Below are positions 8,710 through 18,863 of a stretch of DNA of 64,000 nucleotides, one piece after another. Made by a program: the position numbers and the translations under genes. This stretch comes from Candidatus Aminicenantes bacterium (lineage in GTDB: Bacteria > Acidobacteriota > Aminicenantia > Aminicenantales > Aminicenantaceae), in NCBI GenBank assembly GCA_011772495.1, contig WVZL01000003.1, positions 370-64,369 of the forward strand, in the 5' to 3' direction. Each line of letters begins with the position of its first letter. Within the stretch, counting starts at the first letter, position 1. The notes under the pieces were generated by a model. That model was given only the letters and a program-made list of their open reading frames with translations, ran no database searches and had not been told where the DNA came from.

Positions 8710-8764
8710 TCTTGACTTTCAACATTACAGAGGAGGAGGATTTATTGAAGGTTGAAAGTCAAGA
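8710..8764. repeat. 14-bp perfect inverted repeat (TCTTGACTTTCAAC / GTTGAAAGTCAAGA) with 27-nt spacer
   Basis: Read directly from the sequence. It lies in the divergent intergenic region between the activator gene and the MFS gene. The spacer contains AGAGGAGGAGGA. Confidence 0.6.
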
Positions 8765-8891
8765 TTTGACCCCACACGTTTTCTTTACAATTCTTTCTTT
8801 ACTCCTTGCTATGCAGTTTTCTTTTATATAAACTATCAAGGTTTAATACGTTTGGAATCCAGCATAGATTTTTCTTCAAAGGAGAAATCGA

Positions 8892-10169
8892 ATGAAGAAT
8901 GCATCCACTCGCGAGGAAAAACACTGGTGGCGCTGGCTGATTCTTATCTTAGTCAGCCTGGTGATGTTCGGCTCGTATTACATCTATGATTCTTTAAGTC
9001 CTATAAATGATTACATCCAGAAGGATATGGGCCTGGATAATGCCAGGTTCGGGCTTTTATTCTCTTTCTATGCTCTCCCTAACCTATTGTTTCTTTTGGT
9101 AGTGGCCGGATTCCTCCTCGATCGTTTAGGTATCAGAAAGGCGGGAACATTCTATGTTTTTCTCATATTGTTAGGATCTATCATTACATCTTTAGCCGCA
9201 GGAAAATCGTTCCTAATCATGCTCATCGGCAGAATAGTATTCGGCTTTGGCTCGGAGGCAACGCTACTGGTTACCAACAAGGTCATTGCGCGCTGGTTTA
9301 AGGGAAAAGAGTTGGGATTTGCCTACGGTCTGAATATTACGGTGATGAGGCTCGGAACAATACTCGCTTTTAACTCTGCTGCTCAGATAGCTGATGCGAC
9401 TGGAACGTGGCGCTGGTCAGTATGGGTGGGAACGATAGTCATGTTCGTTTCCTTTATCCTCTTTCTGGTCTACCTAGTGATGGATAGGAATGTAGACAGA
9501 ATGATAGAAACAGGAACCGAAGAGAAGATCCTCGTGAGAGACATAGGGAAGCTGAGTCCTGCTTTCTGGTTTATCAGCTTCATCTGTGTAACATTCTACT
9601 CAGCTATTTTTCCCTTCACTAATCACGCTGTAAGGTTTATGGAAACGAAGTTCGGATTATCAAAAGCCATGGGAGGCCAGTATACGTCATACATCATGAC
9701 TGCCTCTATGATCTTCACGCCCCTTCTCGGCCTCCTGGTCGACAAGCTTGGTCACAGGGGAAAGATCATGATATTAGGTTCTCTGCTGTTAATCCCGGCT
9801 CACCTGCTGCTCGGGCTGACCTATCTCCATCCCGCCGTTTCATTCGTAATTCTTGGCATTTCTTTCTCGCTCGTGCCAGCAGCGCTCTGGCCTGCAGTGC
9901 CTATTCTTGTTAAAGAGAAGTTCCTGGGCACTGCGTTTGGCATAATCGCTTGGGTACAGATGTTCGGTCTTTTCATATTTCCATGGCTCGCCGGAAAGGT
10001 TGTTGACGCCTCGGGAGGCAAATACACCAACATGGAGCTGATGTTCGCTTCTCTGGGAATTGCAGGACTTGTTTTCTCGATACTGCTCCTTCTCTCGAAC
10101 AGAAAACATAAACTCGGTCTGGAACTGCCTACGAGTAAAGCTCAGGCAATAGCGGATGCTTCTTCTTAG
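8892..10169 (+). CDS. MFS transporter
   Basis: 425 aa with ~12 hydrophobic helices, the LDRLGIRK loop motif between TM2 and TM3, and an AAGGAG SD. Confidence 0.8.
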   Translation: MKNASTREEKHWWRWLILILVSLVMFGSYYIYDSLSPINDYIQKDMGLDNARFGLLFSFYALPNLLFLLVVAGFLLDRLGIRKAGTFYVFLILLGSIITSLAAGKSFLIMLIGRIVFGFGSEATLLVTNKVIARWFKGKELGFAYGLNITVMRLGTILAFNSAAQIADATGTWRWSVWVGTIVMFVSFILFLVYLVMDRNVDRMIETGTEEKILVRDIGKLSPAFWFISFICVTFYSAIFPFTNHAVRFMETKFGLSKAMGGQYTSYIMTASMIFTPLLGLLVDKLGHRGKIMILGSLLLIPAHLLLGLTYLHPAVSFVILGISFSLVPAALWPAVPILVKEKFLGTAFGIIAWVQMFGLFIFPWLAGKVVDASGGKYTNMELMFASLGIAGLVFSILLLLSNRKHKLGLELPTSKAQAIADASS

Positions 10170-10472
10170 TGATGCAGTGACTGGCTACCAGCTGCACAAG
10201 TTTTAGATCAGACTTCTTCAGAAATTTAGAATTAGTCAATTTCATATTGTAGCCACTATCCCTTTCCCAAATTTAATAATCCTGACTTACATCTCTGCCA
10301 AACTCCTCTTATCTCTGGCAGGGATTGGCAGAAGAAAAGGCCGGCTGTTGTCAGCAAAAGGGGGGTTATGGTAGGAACCAAAAGGTAGGATCTCTCCCCA
10401 GCCGGCGCAAGAGAGACACTTGAATTATAACATATTTTTTGAATTGCTCAAATATTTTTTAAAAAAATTTGT

Positions 10473-11420
10473 TTATCTTCTCACCGAGCTCCGCAAATAT
10501 TTGAAGAATTCGCTTTCAGTTGAGAGCAGGAGCCAAGTTTCTTTATCCAAACTGGCGCGATAAGTATCGAGTGTTTTCATGAACTGGTAGAATTCAGGAT
10601 CCCGGTTGTAGGCTAGAGCATAGATTCTTGTCGCTTCAGCATCGGCTTTTCCTTTGATCTGCTGGGCTGTTCGGTAGGCTCCAGACTGAATCCGCTTGAG
10701 TTCTTTTTCTTTCTCGCCCCTGATTTCAGCACTCTTTCCGTCTCCTTCGGAACGATATTTGGCAGCGATCCTTTGTCTTTCGGCAATCATGCGGTCGAAT
10801 ACTTTTCGCTGGACTTCTTCGACATAGTTGATTCTCTTTATTCTCACATCTTTGAGTTCCACTCCAAACTCAGGTGTGATTTCAGAAGATGTTTCTAGGA
10901 TGATTTCGGCAATTTTCTCTCTTCCAGTTTCTATTTTAGGAATGGCTTCAGAGATGCCGAGGATAGCGATTTCTTCTGTCAACTCAAATTCACGATTGGA
11001 AGAGCGCACGATTTCAATCAGGTCGAAATTAGCTACCGCATTCCTTGTCTCTCCATCGATGATGTCATCGATCCTCGATTGAGCCCCTCTTTCATCCCTT
11101 ACTCTCTGGAAGAAAACGAGTGGGTCGCTTATTCTCCAGCGGGCATAGGTATCGACCCATATGAATTTCTTATCCTTGGTTGGGATTTGGTTGGCATCTC
11201 CATCCCACTCCAACCAGCGCTTGTCAAAATAGTTTGCTTTTTGGATGAAAGGAACTTTAATATGGATTCCGGGTAAGGTGATGGCGCCGCCGATGGGCTC
11301 ACCGAATTGAGTGATGATGACTTGATTCTTTTCAGAAACAACGTAGAGAGCGCTGCTCAAGACAATAATAATCGCAAGGACTACGACAATAATAAGTACG
11401 TAACGGGCTGACTTGCTCAT
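10473..11420 (-). CDS. hflC: protease modulator HflC (SPFH/band-7)
   Basis: 315 aa with an N-terminal TM and an SPFH core (VIITQFGEP...PGIHIKVPFI). Its start overlaps the hflK stop by 4 nt and it has a GGAGG SD. Confidence 0.85.
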   Translation of the reverse strand: MSKSARYVLIIVVVLAIIIVLSSALYVVSEKNQVIITQFGEPIGGAITLPGIHIKVPFIQKANYFDKRWLEWDGDANQIPTKDKKFIWVDTYARWRISDPLVFFQRVRDERGAQSRIDDIIDGETRNAVANFDLIEIVRSSNREFELTEEIAILGISEAIPKIETGREKIAEIILETSSEITPEFGVELKDVRIKRINYVEEVQRKVFDRMIAERQRIAAKYRSEGDGKSAEIRGEKEKELKRIQSGAYRTAQQIKGKADAEATRIYALAYNRDPEFYQFMKTLDTYRASLDKETWLLLSTESEFFKYLRSSVRR

Positions 11421-12394
11421 TTCTTCACCTCCTGTCCTAAATTCAGCAGAGGCAAGATGTTTTTCTGCTTTTCATCAAAGATAATCTTCTTGCTGATCTT
11501 AGGAAGAATTTCATTAATGGCTTCTAGATAGAGGCGTTTTCTGGTCACTAGGGGAGCTCGAGCGTATTCTCTGTAAATGGCCACAAATCGATTGGCATCT
11601 CCCTGCGCTCTGTTAACCCTCTCGGTGGCGTATCCTTCAGCAGCCCTTATCGTCTGTTCTGCTTCTCCTGTGGCTTTAGGGATTTCCTGGTTGTATTCGG
11701 CCCAGGCTTCGTTTATTTTTCTTTCTTTCTCCTGAAGAGATTCGTTGACTTCATTGAAAGAAGGCTTGACTGGGTCTGGGGGATTAACATCCTGAAAGAT
11801 CAGTTGACTCACGTCAATACCTATCTCGTAAATGTCGCAGAGCTTCTGGAGTTCTTCCTTGGCTTCGTTAGCGATCCTGGCTCTTCCGACAGTGATGATT
11901 TCATCGACTGAATTGTCACCCACAAACTTTCTGACAACAGCCTCATTCAAATAGCGAAAAGTCTCGTCCACATTCCTGACCTTGAAGAGGAATTTGTATG
12001 CATCCTTAATTTTATACTGAACAATCCATTCGACCACTACCACGTTTAAATCACCAGTGAGCATCACGGCTTCTCTGAGGGTTTCGGGTGTAACCCTGTA
12101 TTGAGTCCTTATTCCCGGCCTTGTCGTCCGGAAGCCAAACTCCATTTTGAGCTGCCTTTGCACAGGAACTTTAGTCAATGATTCGATACCAAAGGGGATC
12201 TTTAGGTGAAGCCCTGGGTCCGTTGTCCGGACAAATTTGCCAAACCGGAGGATAACTCCGATTTCCTCCGGACTGATTGTGTAGAATGAGCTGAACAGAA
12301 TGATCAGGACAACGACTGCCGCCACAACAAGTTTGACAACACCGCCCTTAATCTTGGGCAATTTGAGTTCCATGGAAGGAAAATCATCTCTCAT
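11417..12394 (-). CDS. hflK: protease modulator HflK (SPFH/band-7)
   Basis: 325 aa with a TM then GVILRFGKFVRTTDPGLHLKIPFGIE. It is paired with hflC. Confidence 0.85.
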   Translation of the reverse strand: MRDDFPSMELKLPKIKGGVVKLVVAAVVVLIILFSSFYTISPEEIGVILRFGKFVRTTDPGLHLKIPFGIESLTKVPVQRQLKMEFGFRTTRPGIRTQYRVTPETLREAVMLTGDLNVVVVEWIVQYKIKDAYKFLFKVRNVDETFRYLNEAVVRKFVGDNSVDEIITVGRARIANEAKEELQKLCDIYEIGIDVSQLIFQDVNPPDPVKPSFNEVNESLQEKERKINEAWAEYNQEIPKATGEAEQTIRAAEGYATERVNRAQGDANRFVAIYREYARAPLVTRKRLYLEAINEILPKISKKIIFDEKQKNILPLLNLGQEVKK

Positions 12395-12558
12395 AAAAAC
12401 CTCCTTGAATGCATTAAATTATGACTAATGATAACACAATCGGCCTAGGATATAAAGTTAGGCTTAAAATAAATAATTTGAGAACGTACATTATTTAATA
12501 TTTTTGAGCATATCACTCTATATACTGTTTTTTCTTGGTTTTTATTTTGTTACTGTCT

Positions 12559-13758
12559 TTATATTAGGAGGGAATTCATTGTTTTCTCTAAACCTGAGAG
12601 CGACGTTTGATGGATATCTGGCTTGAGGGACTCCAAGCCTGGAGTCGATTTTATGGCTTTTCCCGTGATGATCAAGACGATCTTGTCATGGCCTTCGAAT
12701 TGCATTTTTTCTGGAAGCTTTAACAACGCGGCTAGAGCTGTAGCTGAGGCAGGTTGACAAAACAGTCCTTCCTCCTCAGCTAGCATCTCTTGGGCAGCCA
12801 GTATTTCTTTATCTGATACATCCATGATCATCCCTTTATTTTCTCTAATCATCTTGAGAGCTATATTGCCTCCTGGAGGGTCAGGATTGGAAATCGCCTG
12901 GGCAATTGTCCTCGCTTTGATCATTCTTTCAACTTTTACATTTCCCTGAATAAAGGCGCGGGCAATAGGAGAACACCCTTTGGCCTGGATTCCTACAAAA
13001 GTCGGATAATTATGGATCAAACCCTCCTGCTTGAGTTCAAGAAAAGCGCGCATTAGACCGATCAGGTGTCCGCCGGAACTCAGGGGAACGAAGATATATT
13101 GAGGAGCCTGCCTGTTCAATTGCTGAAAAATCTCGTATCCAGTTACTTTATAGCCCTCGATACGAAAAGGGTCGACAGAATTCATGAAATATATTCTGAG
13201 CTTTTGACCAAGGGAGTAGCTTTTGCGGAATAGCGCGCCGTAGTCTCCCTTAACTTTGACTAATATTGGATTGAAAAGAGCCGTGGAAAGAAGTTTTTCT
13301 TGAGAAGTATCTTCTTTAAGGAAAATATAGGTTTTCAAACCAGCTCGGTCTCCGTAGGCAGCAGTAGAGGCGGCCATGTTTCCGGTGGATACGGTTCCTA
13401 TGCTTCCGACTCCCATGGTTGCTGCTTTTTGGATAGCGACTGCTGAGCCCCTATCTTTGAAAGAATGGGTAGGGTTGGTTGTTTCATCCTTGGCCCAGAT
13501 AAAAGGAAGGGTAAATTTTTTCTGAATCCGATCTAAACTAAGCAGAGGAGTATTCCCTTCGCCCAAACCCAGGTTCTTATTGATTTCTTTAAGCGGAAGA
13601 AAGTCCGAATATCTTTCCAAACCATCTTTTTCGAGGAAAAGCTCCCTCTTCCTTGAAGGATAAGAAATGAGTAACGGCTCTTTACATTCAGGGCAAAAGG
13701 GAAACATTAGGTCCGGGGAGTATGTCTCTTGGCAAAAAATACATTCAAGTTTTTCCAT
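12559..13758 (-). CDS. thrC: threonine synthase (with N-terminal Cys4 zinc ribbon)
   Basis: 399 aa with the CIFC...CPEC ribbon, NPTHSFKDRGS (PLP-Lys) and a TrpB-like fold pattern. Confidence 0.85.
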   Translation of the reverse strand: MEKLECIFCQETYSPDLMFPFCPECKEPLLISYPSRKRELFLEKDGLERYSDFLPLKEINKNLGLGEGNTPLLSLDRIQKKFTLPFIWAKDETTNPTHSFKDRGSAVAIQKAATMGVGSIGTVSTGNMAASTAAYGDRAGLKTYIFLKEDTSQEKLLSTALFNPILVKVKGDYGALFRKSYSLGQKLRIYFMNSVDPFRIEGYKVTGYEIFQQLNRQAPQYIFVPLSSGGHLIGLMRAFLELKQEGLIHNYPTFVGIQAKGCSPIARAFIQGNVKVERMIKARTIAQAISNPDPPGGNIALKMIRENKGMIMDVSDKEILAAQEMLAEEEGLFCQPASATALAALLKLPEKMQFEGHDKIVLIITGKAIKSTPGLESLKPDIHQTSLSGLEKTMNSLLI

Positions 13759-13865
13759 GGCAGGAAGAATTCCAGAGGATTTAGTGTATAAAATTATGAA
13801 ATCTCATTACAAGTTGTAAATTTGACGAGGGAGAGTTAAAATCATGCTTCTGGATAAAGAGGGAA

Positions 13866-14309
13866 ATGACTGACCAGTATTTTATGCGCCAGGCGCTTAC
13901 AGAAGCTCTAAAATCATCGAGAGCGGGGGAAGTGCCAGTTGGTGCGGTTGTGATAAGGGAAAATCAAATCTTGAGCCGCGGGCATAACCTGCCGATCTCC
14001 AAAAAAGACCCCACGGCTCACGCTGAAATCGTAGCTATCAGGAAGGCCTGTTCAATGCTAAAAAGCTACCGGCTTCCTCAATGTGATTTGTATGTCACCT
14101 TAGAACCCTGTGCCATGTGCTTGGGAGCATTGGTTCAGGCTCGTCTAAGAAAACTGGTTTTCGGCGCTCTTGACCCAAAAGCAGGAGCTGTTCAGTCCAT
14201 CATGCGTTTTCCCTTTGAAAAGACAAATCACCGAGTTGAAATCGTCGGCGGAGTCCTGGCCGAGGATTGCAGTCAAGTCTTAAAGGAATTTTTTCAGGAC
14301 AAAAGATAA
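13866..14309 (+). CDS. tadA: tRNA adenosine(34) deaminase
   Basis: 147 aa with the HAE and PCAMC zinc-binding motifs. Confidence 0.9.
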   Translation: MTDQYFMRQALTEALKSSRAGEVPVGAVVIRENQILSRGHNLPISKKDPTAHAEIVAIRKACSMLKSYRLPQCDLYVTLEPCAMCLGALVQARLRKLVFGALDPKAGAVQSIMRFPFEKTNHRVEIVGGVLAEDCSQVLKEFFQDKR

Positions 14310-14394
14310 GGCTAATGGCGCTGGAAAGAAGAGTTCTGAAAGCTTATGAAGGCAGACTTACCAAGGGAATAAATGGCGTTGAATTCAAAATAGA

Positions 14395-14486
14395 GGAGAG
14401 GTGGCCGAGTGGTTTAAGGCGGCGGTCTCGAAAACCGCTATCCTGAATTATCAGGATCGTGGGTTCGAATCCCACCCTCTCCGCCA
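14395..14486 (+). tRNA. tRNA-Ser (anticodon CGA), CCA encoded
   Basis: It has a GGAGAGG/CCTCTCC acceptor, a long variable arm, the anticodon loop CTCGAAA and the T-loop GGTTCGAATCC. Confidence 0.9.
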
Positions 14487-14614
14487 GCTTCTTTCTCTCA
14501 GGGCAAAACTCTTGTTTTTTCCTTGCGTATAATATATACTGCCCTGCTTCAGACTTTCCGCCATGATGTTTTTTCGTCTATCGTTAACGAGAATATGAAT
14601 CAGGAGGAATTTCC

Positions 14615-16405
14615 ATGAAAAAAAGAATCATTAAAGTCTCGTGTCTTTTGATCGTCTTTGCCTTTCTTTTCTACCTGCCGCTTGTGGCTAAGAAAGACAC
14701 TCAAGAGATAAGTTTTAAAGGTTTTGACAAGTTTGTCGCTGAGACTATGGAAGAGTGGAAAGTTCCGGGTCTGGCCATTGCTGTCGTTAAAGATGGAAAA
14801 GTTATTCAATCCAAAGGATATGGCTTCCGGGACGTTGAGAAGAAATTAACAGTCACTCCTAAGACTCTCTTTGCCATAGGCTCTTGTACCAAAGCGTTTA
14901 CGGCGACAACCATGGGCATCCTGGTGGATGAAGGAAAGCTGGATTGGGACAAACCCTTAAGGGAATACCTTCCTGCTTTCAAACTCGAAGACTCATTTGC
15001 TTCGGAAAGAATGGCCCCCCGAGATTTGGTCTGCCACCGCTCTGGCTTACCCCGCCATGATTGGATGTGGTATAACTCTTCGGCCAGCCGAAGAGAACTC
15101 TTCGAGCGCCTTCAATATTTGGAACCAAGCAAGGATTTTCGGGATGTCTTCCAGTATCAAAACTTGATGTTCATGACCGCCGGCTATTTGGTAGGTCAAA
15201 TTGCAGACACAACCTGGGAAGAATTTACAAAGAAACATCTTCTTGACCCGTTGGGAATGAAGGACAGTAATTTTTCTGTCGAAGACTCCAAGAAGGCAGA
15301 AGATTTTGCTCTTCCTTATTTGGAAAAGGACGAAAAAATTATAGAGATTCCCTTCCGTAACATCGATACTGTGGGGCCGGCTGGTTCTATCAATTCCAAT
15401 GTCACGGATATGGCTCAATGGATCCTGCTTAATCTCAACCAGGGAAAGCAGGGAGAAGAGCAAATCATATCCGAGAATACTCTCAAGGAAATACATTCTC
15501 CCCAGATGATCGTCTCAAAATCATTTAAATACGATGAGAGTTTTTATTCGACCTATGGAATGGGCTGGAGCATCACAGCCTACAGAGGTCATCTCACGCT
15601 TAGCCATGGAGGAGGCATCGACGGTTTCACGGCCTTGGTGTCAATGATGCCTCGAGATAACACAGGAATGGTCATCCTCACCAACATGAGCGGTACACCA
15701 CTGCCCTCAATCATTTGCTATGATGTCTATGACCGTTTGCTCGGGCTCGATCTGATCGACTGGAAGAAGAGGGTCAGAGAACAGGTTGACAAGGCCAAAA
15801 AAGAGGCAGAGAAAGCTGAGAAGGAGAAAGATAAAGACCGTAAACCAAACACCAAAACTTCCCATCCTCTCGAGGATTATGCGGGCGACTATGAGCACCC
15901 TGGATATGGAGTGGTATCCATAAAAAAAGAAGGGGACCAGCTAAAAGGTGAATACAACTCCATTTCTTATGAGATGACGCATTATCATTACGATGTTTTC
16001 AAGATGACGCACGAATTCATGGAGGTCGATACTAAGCTCTCTTTTTCTACTGATGACAAGGGTAACATAGAAAGCCTCGCTGTCCAGTTCGAGCCAAACG
16101 TAGATAAAATTGTTTTCACCAGAATGCCTGGGAAAGAAATGACTGAAAAGAGTTTTCTGGAAAAATTTGTCGGAGAATATGTGCTTGGAGAAGTGACTGT
16201 CACTGTCTTGTTAAAAGGGGAGAAGATTCTTTTTCTTTCAGTTCCCGGCCAGCCGGAATACGAGTTGATTCCCTATCAAGGGACAGAGTTCAACTTGAAG
16301 AATTTAGCCGGCTTTAGCATTGAGTTCATTACGGATGAATCTGGGGTTGTCCAAGAGGCTAAAATCACTCAGCCCAACGGAGTCTTCACCGCCAAGAAGA
16401 AATAA
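14615..16405 (+). CDS. exported serine hydrolase, beta-lactamase/PBP4* fold with C-terminal lipocalin-like (DUF3471-type) domain
   Basis: 596 aa with a signal peptide, the SCTK (SxxK) nucleophile motif and a Lys/Glu-rich linker. It has an AGGAGG SD. Confidence 0.8.
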   Translation: MKKRIIKVSCLLIVFAFLFYLPLVAKKDTQEISFKGFDKFVAETMEEWKVPGLAIAVVKDGKVIQSKGYGFRDVEKKLTVTPKTLFAIGSCTKAFTATTMGILVDEGKLDWDKPLREYLPAFKLEDSFASERMAPRDLVCHRSGLPRHDWMWYNSSASRRELFERLQYLEPSKDFRDVFQYQNLMFMTAGYLVGQIADTTWEEFTKKHLLDPLGMKDSNFSVEDSKKAEDFALPYLEKDEKIIEIPFRNIDTVGPAGSINSNVTDMAQWILLNLNQGKQGEEQIISENTLKEIHSPQMIVSKSFKYDESFYSTYGMGWSITAYRGHLTLSHGGGIDGFTALVSMMPRDNTGMVILTNMSGTPLPSIICYDVYDRLLGLDLIDWKKRVREQVDKAKKEAEKAEKEKDKDRKPNTKTSHPLEDYAGDYEHPGYGVVSIKKEGDQLKGEYNSISYEMTHYHYDVFKMTHEFMEVDTKLSFSTDDKGNIESLAVQFEPNVDKIVFTRMPGKEMTEKSFLEKFVGEYVLGEVTVTVLLKGEKILFLSVPGQPEYELIPYQGTEFNLKNLAGFSIEFITDESGVVQEAKITQPNGVFTAKKK

Positions 16406-16430
16406 ATTAGGGGATAAATTAGTTAAATTA

Positions 16431-16503
16431 GGGGACGGTTCTATTTTTTCGCAATTTTCTCACTTTCTTCTGTTCACTGTTGAGAAAAAATAGAACCGTC
16501 CCC
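16431..16503. repeat. 19-bp perfect inverted repeat (GGGGACGGTTCTATTTTTT ... AAAAAATAGAACCGTCCCC), 35-nt loop
   Basis: Read directly from the sequence. It lies between two convergent genes, with its right arm ending 14 nt from the stop codon at 16518. A related element occurs at 18579-18645. Confidence 0.7.
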
Positions 16504-16517
16504 ATTACTTTACTTTT

Positions 16518-18551
16518 TTAAAACATATAGGCGATTTTTAAGAACAGAGTGTTCCCCTGGGTGCCTTTTTCTCCAAACTCAGCCGTTCCCTTCTGGTAAG
16601 CCAGTTGAATCAGACCGAAGGGAGGCTGAAAACGATAGACAAAAAGAACCTGAATATTCTGTTTATCAATGGCGGAGTTGATCTGGAAAAACACTTTTAC
16701 GAAAAGATCAGGGGTGAAATAATTGGTCGCCCGAATGATATGGATCCAGGTGCTTTCCCTTTCTGGGTCTGGTTCGAACATTAGGCGCTCCAGAGAGTAT
16801 TGGAAAGAAAAGTCCTGGGTTATTTTATAGTTCAAACTTCCCTCAACCAAATGGAAATCTAGCCCGAAATTCCGGCCGAAGCTGTAAGAGATTCTGGCTG
16901 ACTGCCATTCGCGGGTGTTGTAGCCGAGTTGAAACTCAGTCTCGTGGTTTCGAAAATCCTTCTCATACAGCTTATATTCCTGGTGGTGCTCAACTTCGAA
17001 AGAGAATTTATTCTGCAAATCAAAGTTGAGCTCTTGATCGATCTTCCAGCTCCGCAGGATGCCATCCATTCCCCAGTAGATGTTATAGTTTGAGTCGTAC
17101 TCAATACGGTCGAATCCCCATTTTTTAATCCAGAAGGTCTTATCGATAGCCGAATCCAGTTCTCTCCGGTTGTCGTCTCTGATAAAGCCAACGTGATTAG
17201 CATTATCTCCAAAGTACTGTCCGAGATGTGTATAGCGGATATGGATGTGAAAGGTTGCTGAATCATAGCTGGGGCGGAGAAAGAAAGCGAAATTGTCTCT
17301 GTTGTATTCTCCGTAGCTCATAGCAAACTGACCTGTAAACCTAAAAGTATTGCTGAAATAGAGAGAAGTATCGATGCCGGCTGTTCCAAAGTTTTTCCTC
17401 CCAACCAATTTATTAGCTGCCAGGAATCCTACAGTCGAAGATTTCATGACGTCTCTTTTGAGGCGGAAGACCGAAAAATTGGCTGATTCCTCTCCCAGAG
17501 ATTTATCCTCTTTGGTCTGAACGCTCATTCCTGAAAACTCGTAAGCACCGGATTTTCCGTAAACTTTGGCTCCACCATGAATATCCGAAATTCTCCGGGA
17601 ATAGAATAGACGGATTCGCTGTTGATAAATTTCTGAACCCTCCAGGAAAAAGTTTCTCTTCTCGGGAAGTTGCAGTTCAAAACGAGTCAGGTTGATCTGT
17701 TCCTGGTCAGCTTCAACGGTGGCAAAGTCAGGATTAAGGGTTAAATTCCCGGAAATCATCTGGCTGAAGGCATAGCGGACATCGAGTCCACCTTCTATTT
17801 TTGATTTTTCCCCCTCTTCCAGCTTAGAAATGGTATGGGGAATGATCTGAGTTTTTCTCTCTGCTTTTCTGATATCTAATCCTTTTAAGATGCCAAATTG
17901 AGAAACTTTGTGGGGAGATTCAAGAGGCCCTGTCCAATAACTGAGCTCTAACATTCGTGGCACGCCTCTTCCCAAGCTTAAACCCCATGTTTTATTTTCT
18001 CCAGGCTCATACTTTATGCTGCTCAGGTCTACAGCAATCTCTGCACTCCACCCCAACTCTGTTTTCTGACCAGCTGATCTCCATATTCCATCCCAGGTGG
18101 AATCTGTGGTACGGCCATTCTCGGTTATCCTGCCGTCGGCCTGGGTACCAAGGAGGTTGGTCTTGAAATAATAGCAGCTTCTTCTATCGTGAAAAGTATC
18201 GATCAAGACATAGATCGAGTCATCAGATGCTAGATCGCCATCTCTTTTGGTTATTCGAGCCGCAATTTTATCAGGCTCAGAGTCATAACAGAAGAATCCA
18301 AAATAAATGAATTTTTCATCATACAGGATTTTGACTTTGGTTTTGTTTGAGGCTGGCTTTCCTCTCTCTGGCTCGAATTGAATAAAATCACTGGCTTCAG
18401 GTGATTTTATCCAAACTGATTCATCTAATAAACCGTCGACTTCAACGGGTATATATATCTTTAAGGCTGTGGTTTCTTTAACTGGACTCTGGGCAAATGT
18501 TAAGAGAGAAGAAAGAAAAATAAGCAAAGAAAGACAGGCGTACTTTTTCAT
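16518..18551 (-). CDS. CBM9/DOMON-like + DUF5916-type outer-membrane protein
   Basis: The N-terminal VDGLLDESVW...DFIQFEPERGKPA...YDEKFIYFGFFCYD block is typical of carbohydrate-binding family 9-like/DUF5916 proteins. The sequence is beta-strand rich and ends in F. The ORF track starts at 18572; I prefer the MKKYACLSLL signal-peptide start at 18551. Neither start has a clear SD. Confidence 0.7.
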   Translation of the reverse strand: MKKYACLSLLIFLSSLLTFAQSPVKETTALKIYIPVEVDGLLDESVWIKSPEASDFIQFEPERGKPASNKTKVKILYDEKFIYFGFFCYDSEPDKIAARITKRDGDLASDDSIYVLIDTFHDRRSCYYFKTNLLGTQADGRITENGRTTDSTWDGIWRSAGQKTELGWSAEIAVDLSSIKYEPGENKTWGLSLGRGVPRMLELSYWTGPLESPHKVSQFGILKGLDIRKAERKTQIIPHTISKLEEGEKSKIEGGLDVRYAFSQMISGNLTLNPDFATVEADQEQINLTRFELQLPEKRNFFLEGSEIYQQRIRLFYSRRISDIHGGAKVYGKSGAYEFSGMSVQTKEDKSLGEESANFSVFRLKRDVMKSSTVGFLAANKLVGRKNFGTAGIDTSLYFSNTFRFTGQFAMSYGEYNRDNFAFFLRPSYDSATFHIHIRYTHLGQYFGDNANHVGFIRDDNRRELDSAIDKTFWIKKWGFDRIEYDSNYNIYWGMDGILRSWKIDQELNFDLQNKFSFEVEHHQEYKLYEKDFRNHETEFQLGYNTREWQSARISYSFGRNFGLDFHLVEGSLNYKITQDFSFQYSLERLMFEPDPERESTWIHIIRATNYFTPDLFVKVFFQINSAIDKQNIQVLFVYRFQPPFGLIQLAYQKGTAEFGEKGTQGNTLFLKIAYMF

Positions 18552-18578
18552 TTTAAAGGCGTAAAGTAACATAAAATT

Positions 18579-18645
18579 GTGGACGGTACTATTTTTTTTT
18601 AAAATAGGGAACCATTCTATTTTTTTAAAAAAATAGAATCATCCT
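18579..18645. repeat. compound palindromic element related to 16431-16503
   Basis: GTGGACGGTACTATTTTTTTTT matches the left arm of the first element (G[G/T]GGACGGT[T/A]CTATTTTTT). It is followed by AAAATAGGGAACC and a perfect 13-bp AT palindrome, ATTCTATTTTTTT/AAAAAAATAGAAT. Confidence 0.6.
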
Positions 18646-18667
18646 TCTCATCTTTGTAATTTCTTTT

Positions 18668-18697
18668 TTGACAATTCAGGCTTTCTCTGTTTATTAT
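18668..18697 (+). promoter_or_regulatory. sigma-70-type promoter for tRNA-Ser (TTGACA-N18-TATTAT)
   Basis: TTGACA at 18668-18673 and TATTAT at 18692-18697, ~30 nt before the tRNA 5' end. Confidence 0.45.
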
Positions 18698-18728
18698 ATT
18701 CAATACTCATAATTCTTCTTAGCCAGGC

Positions 18729-18821
<93 letters not shown>

Positions 18822-18863
18822 CTATCTTAAAAGAAAAAATTGAGATACTGAAAAGGAGAAACC

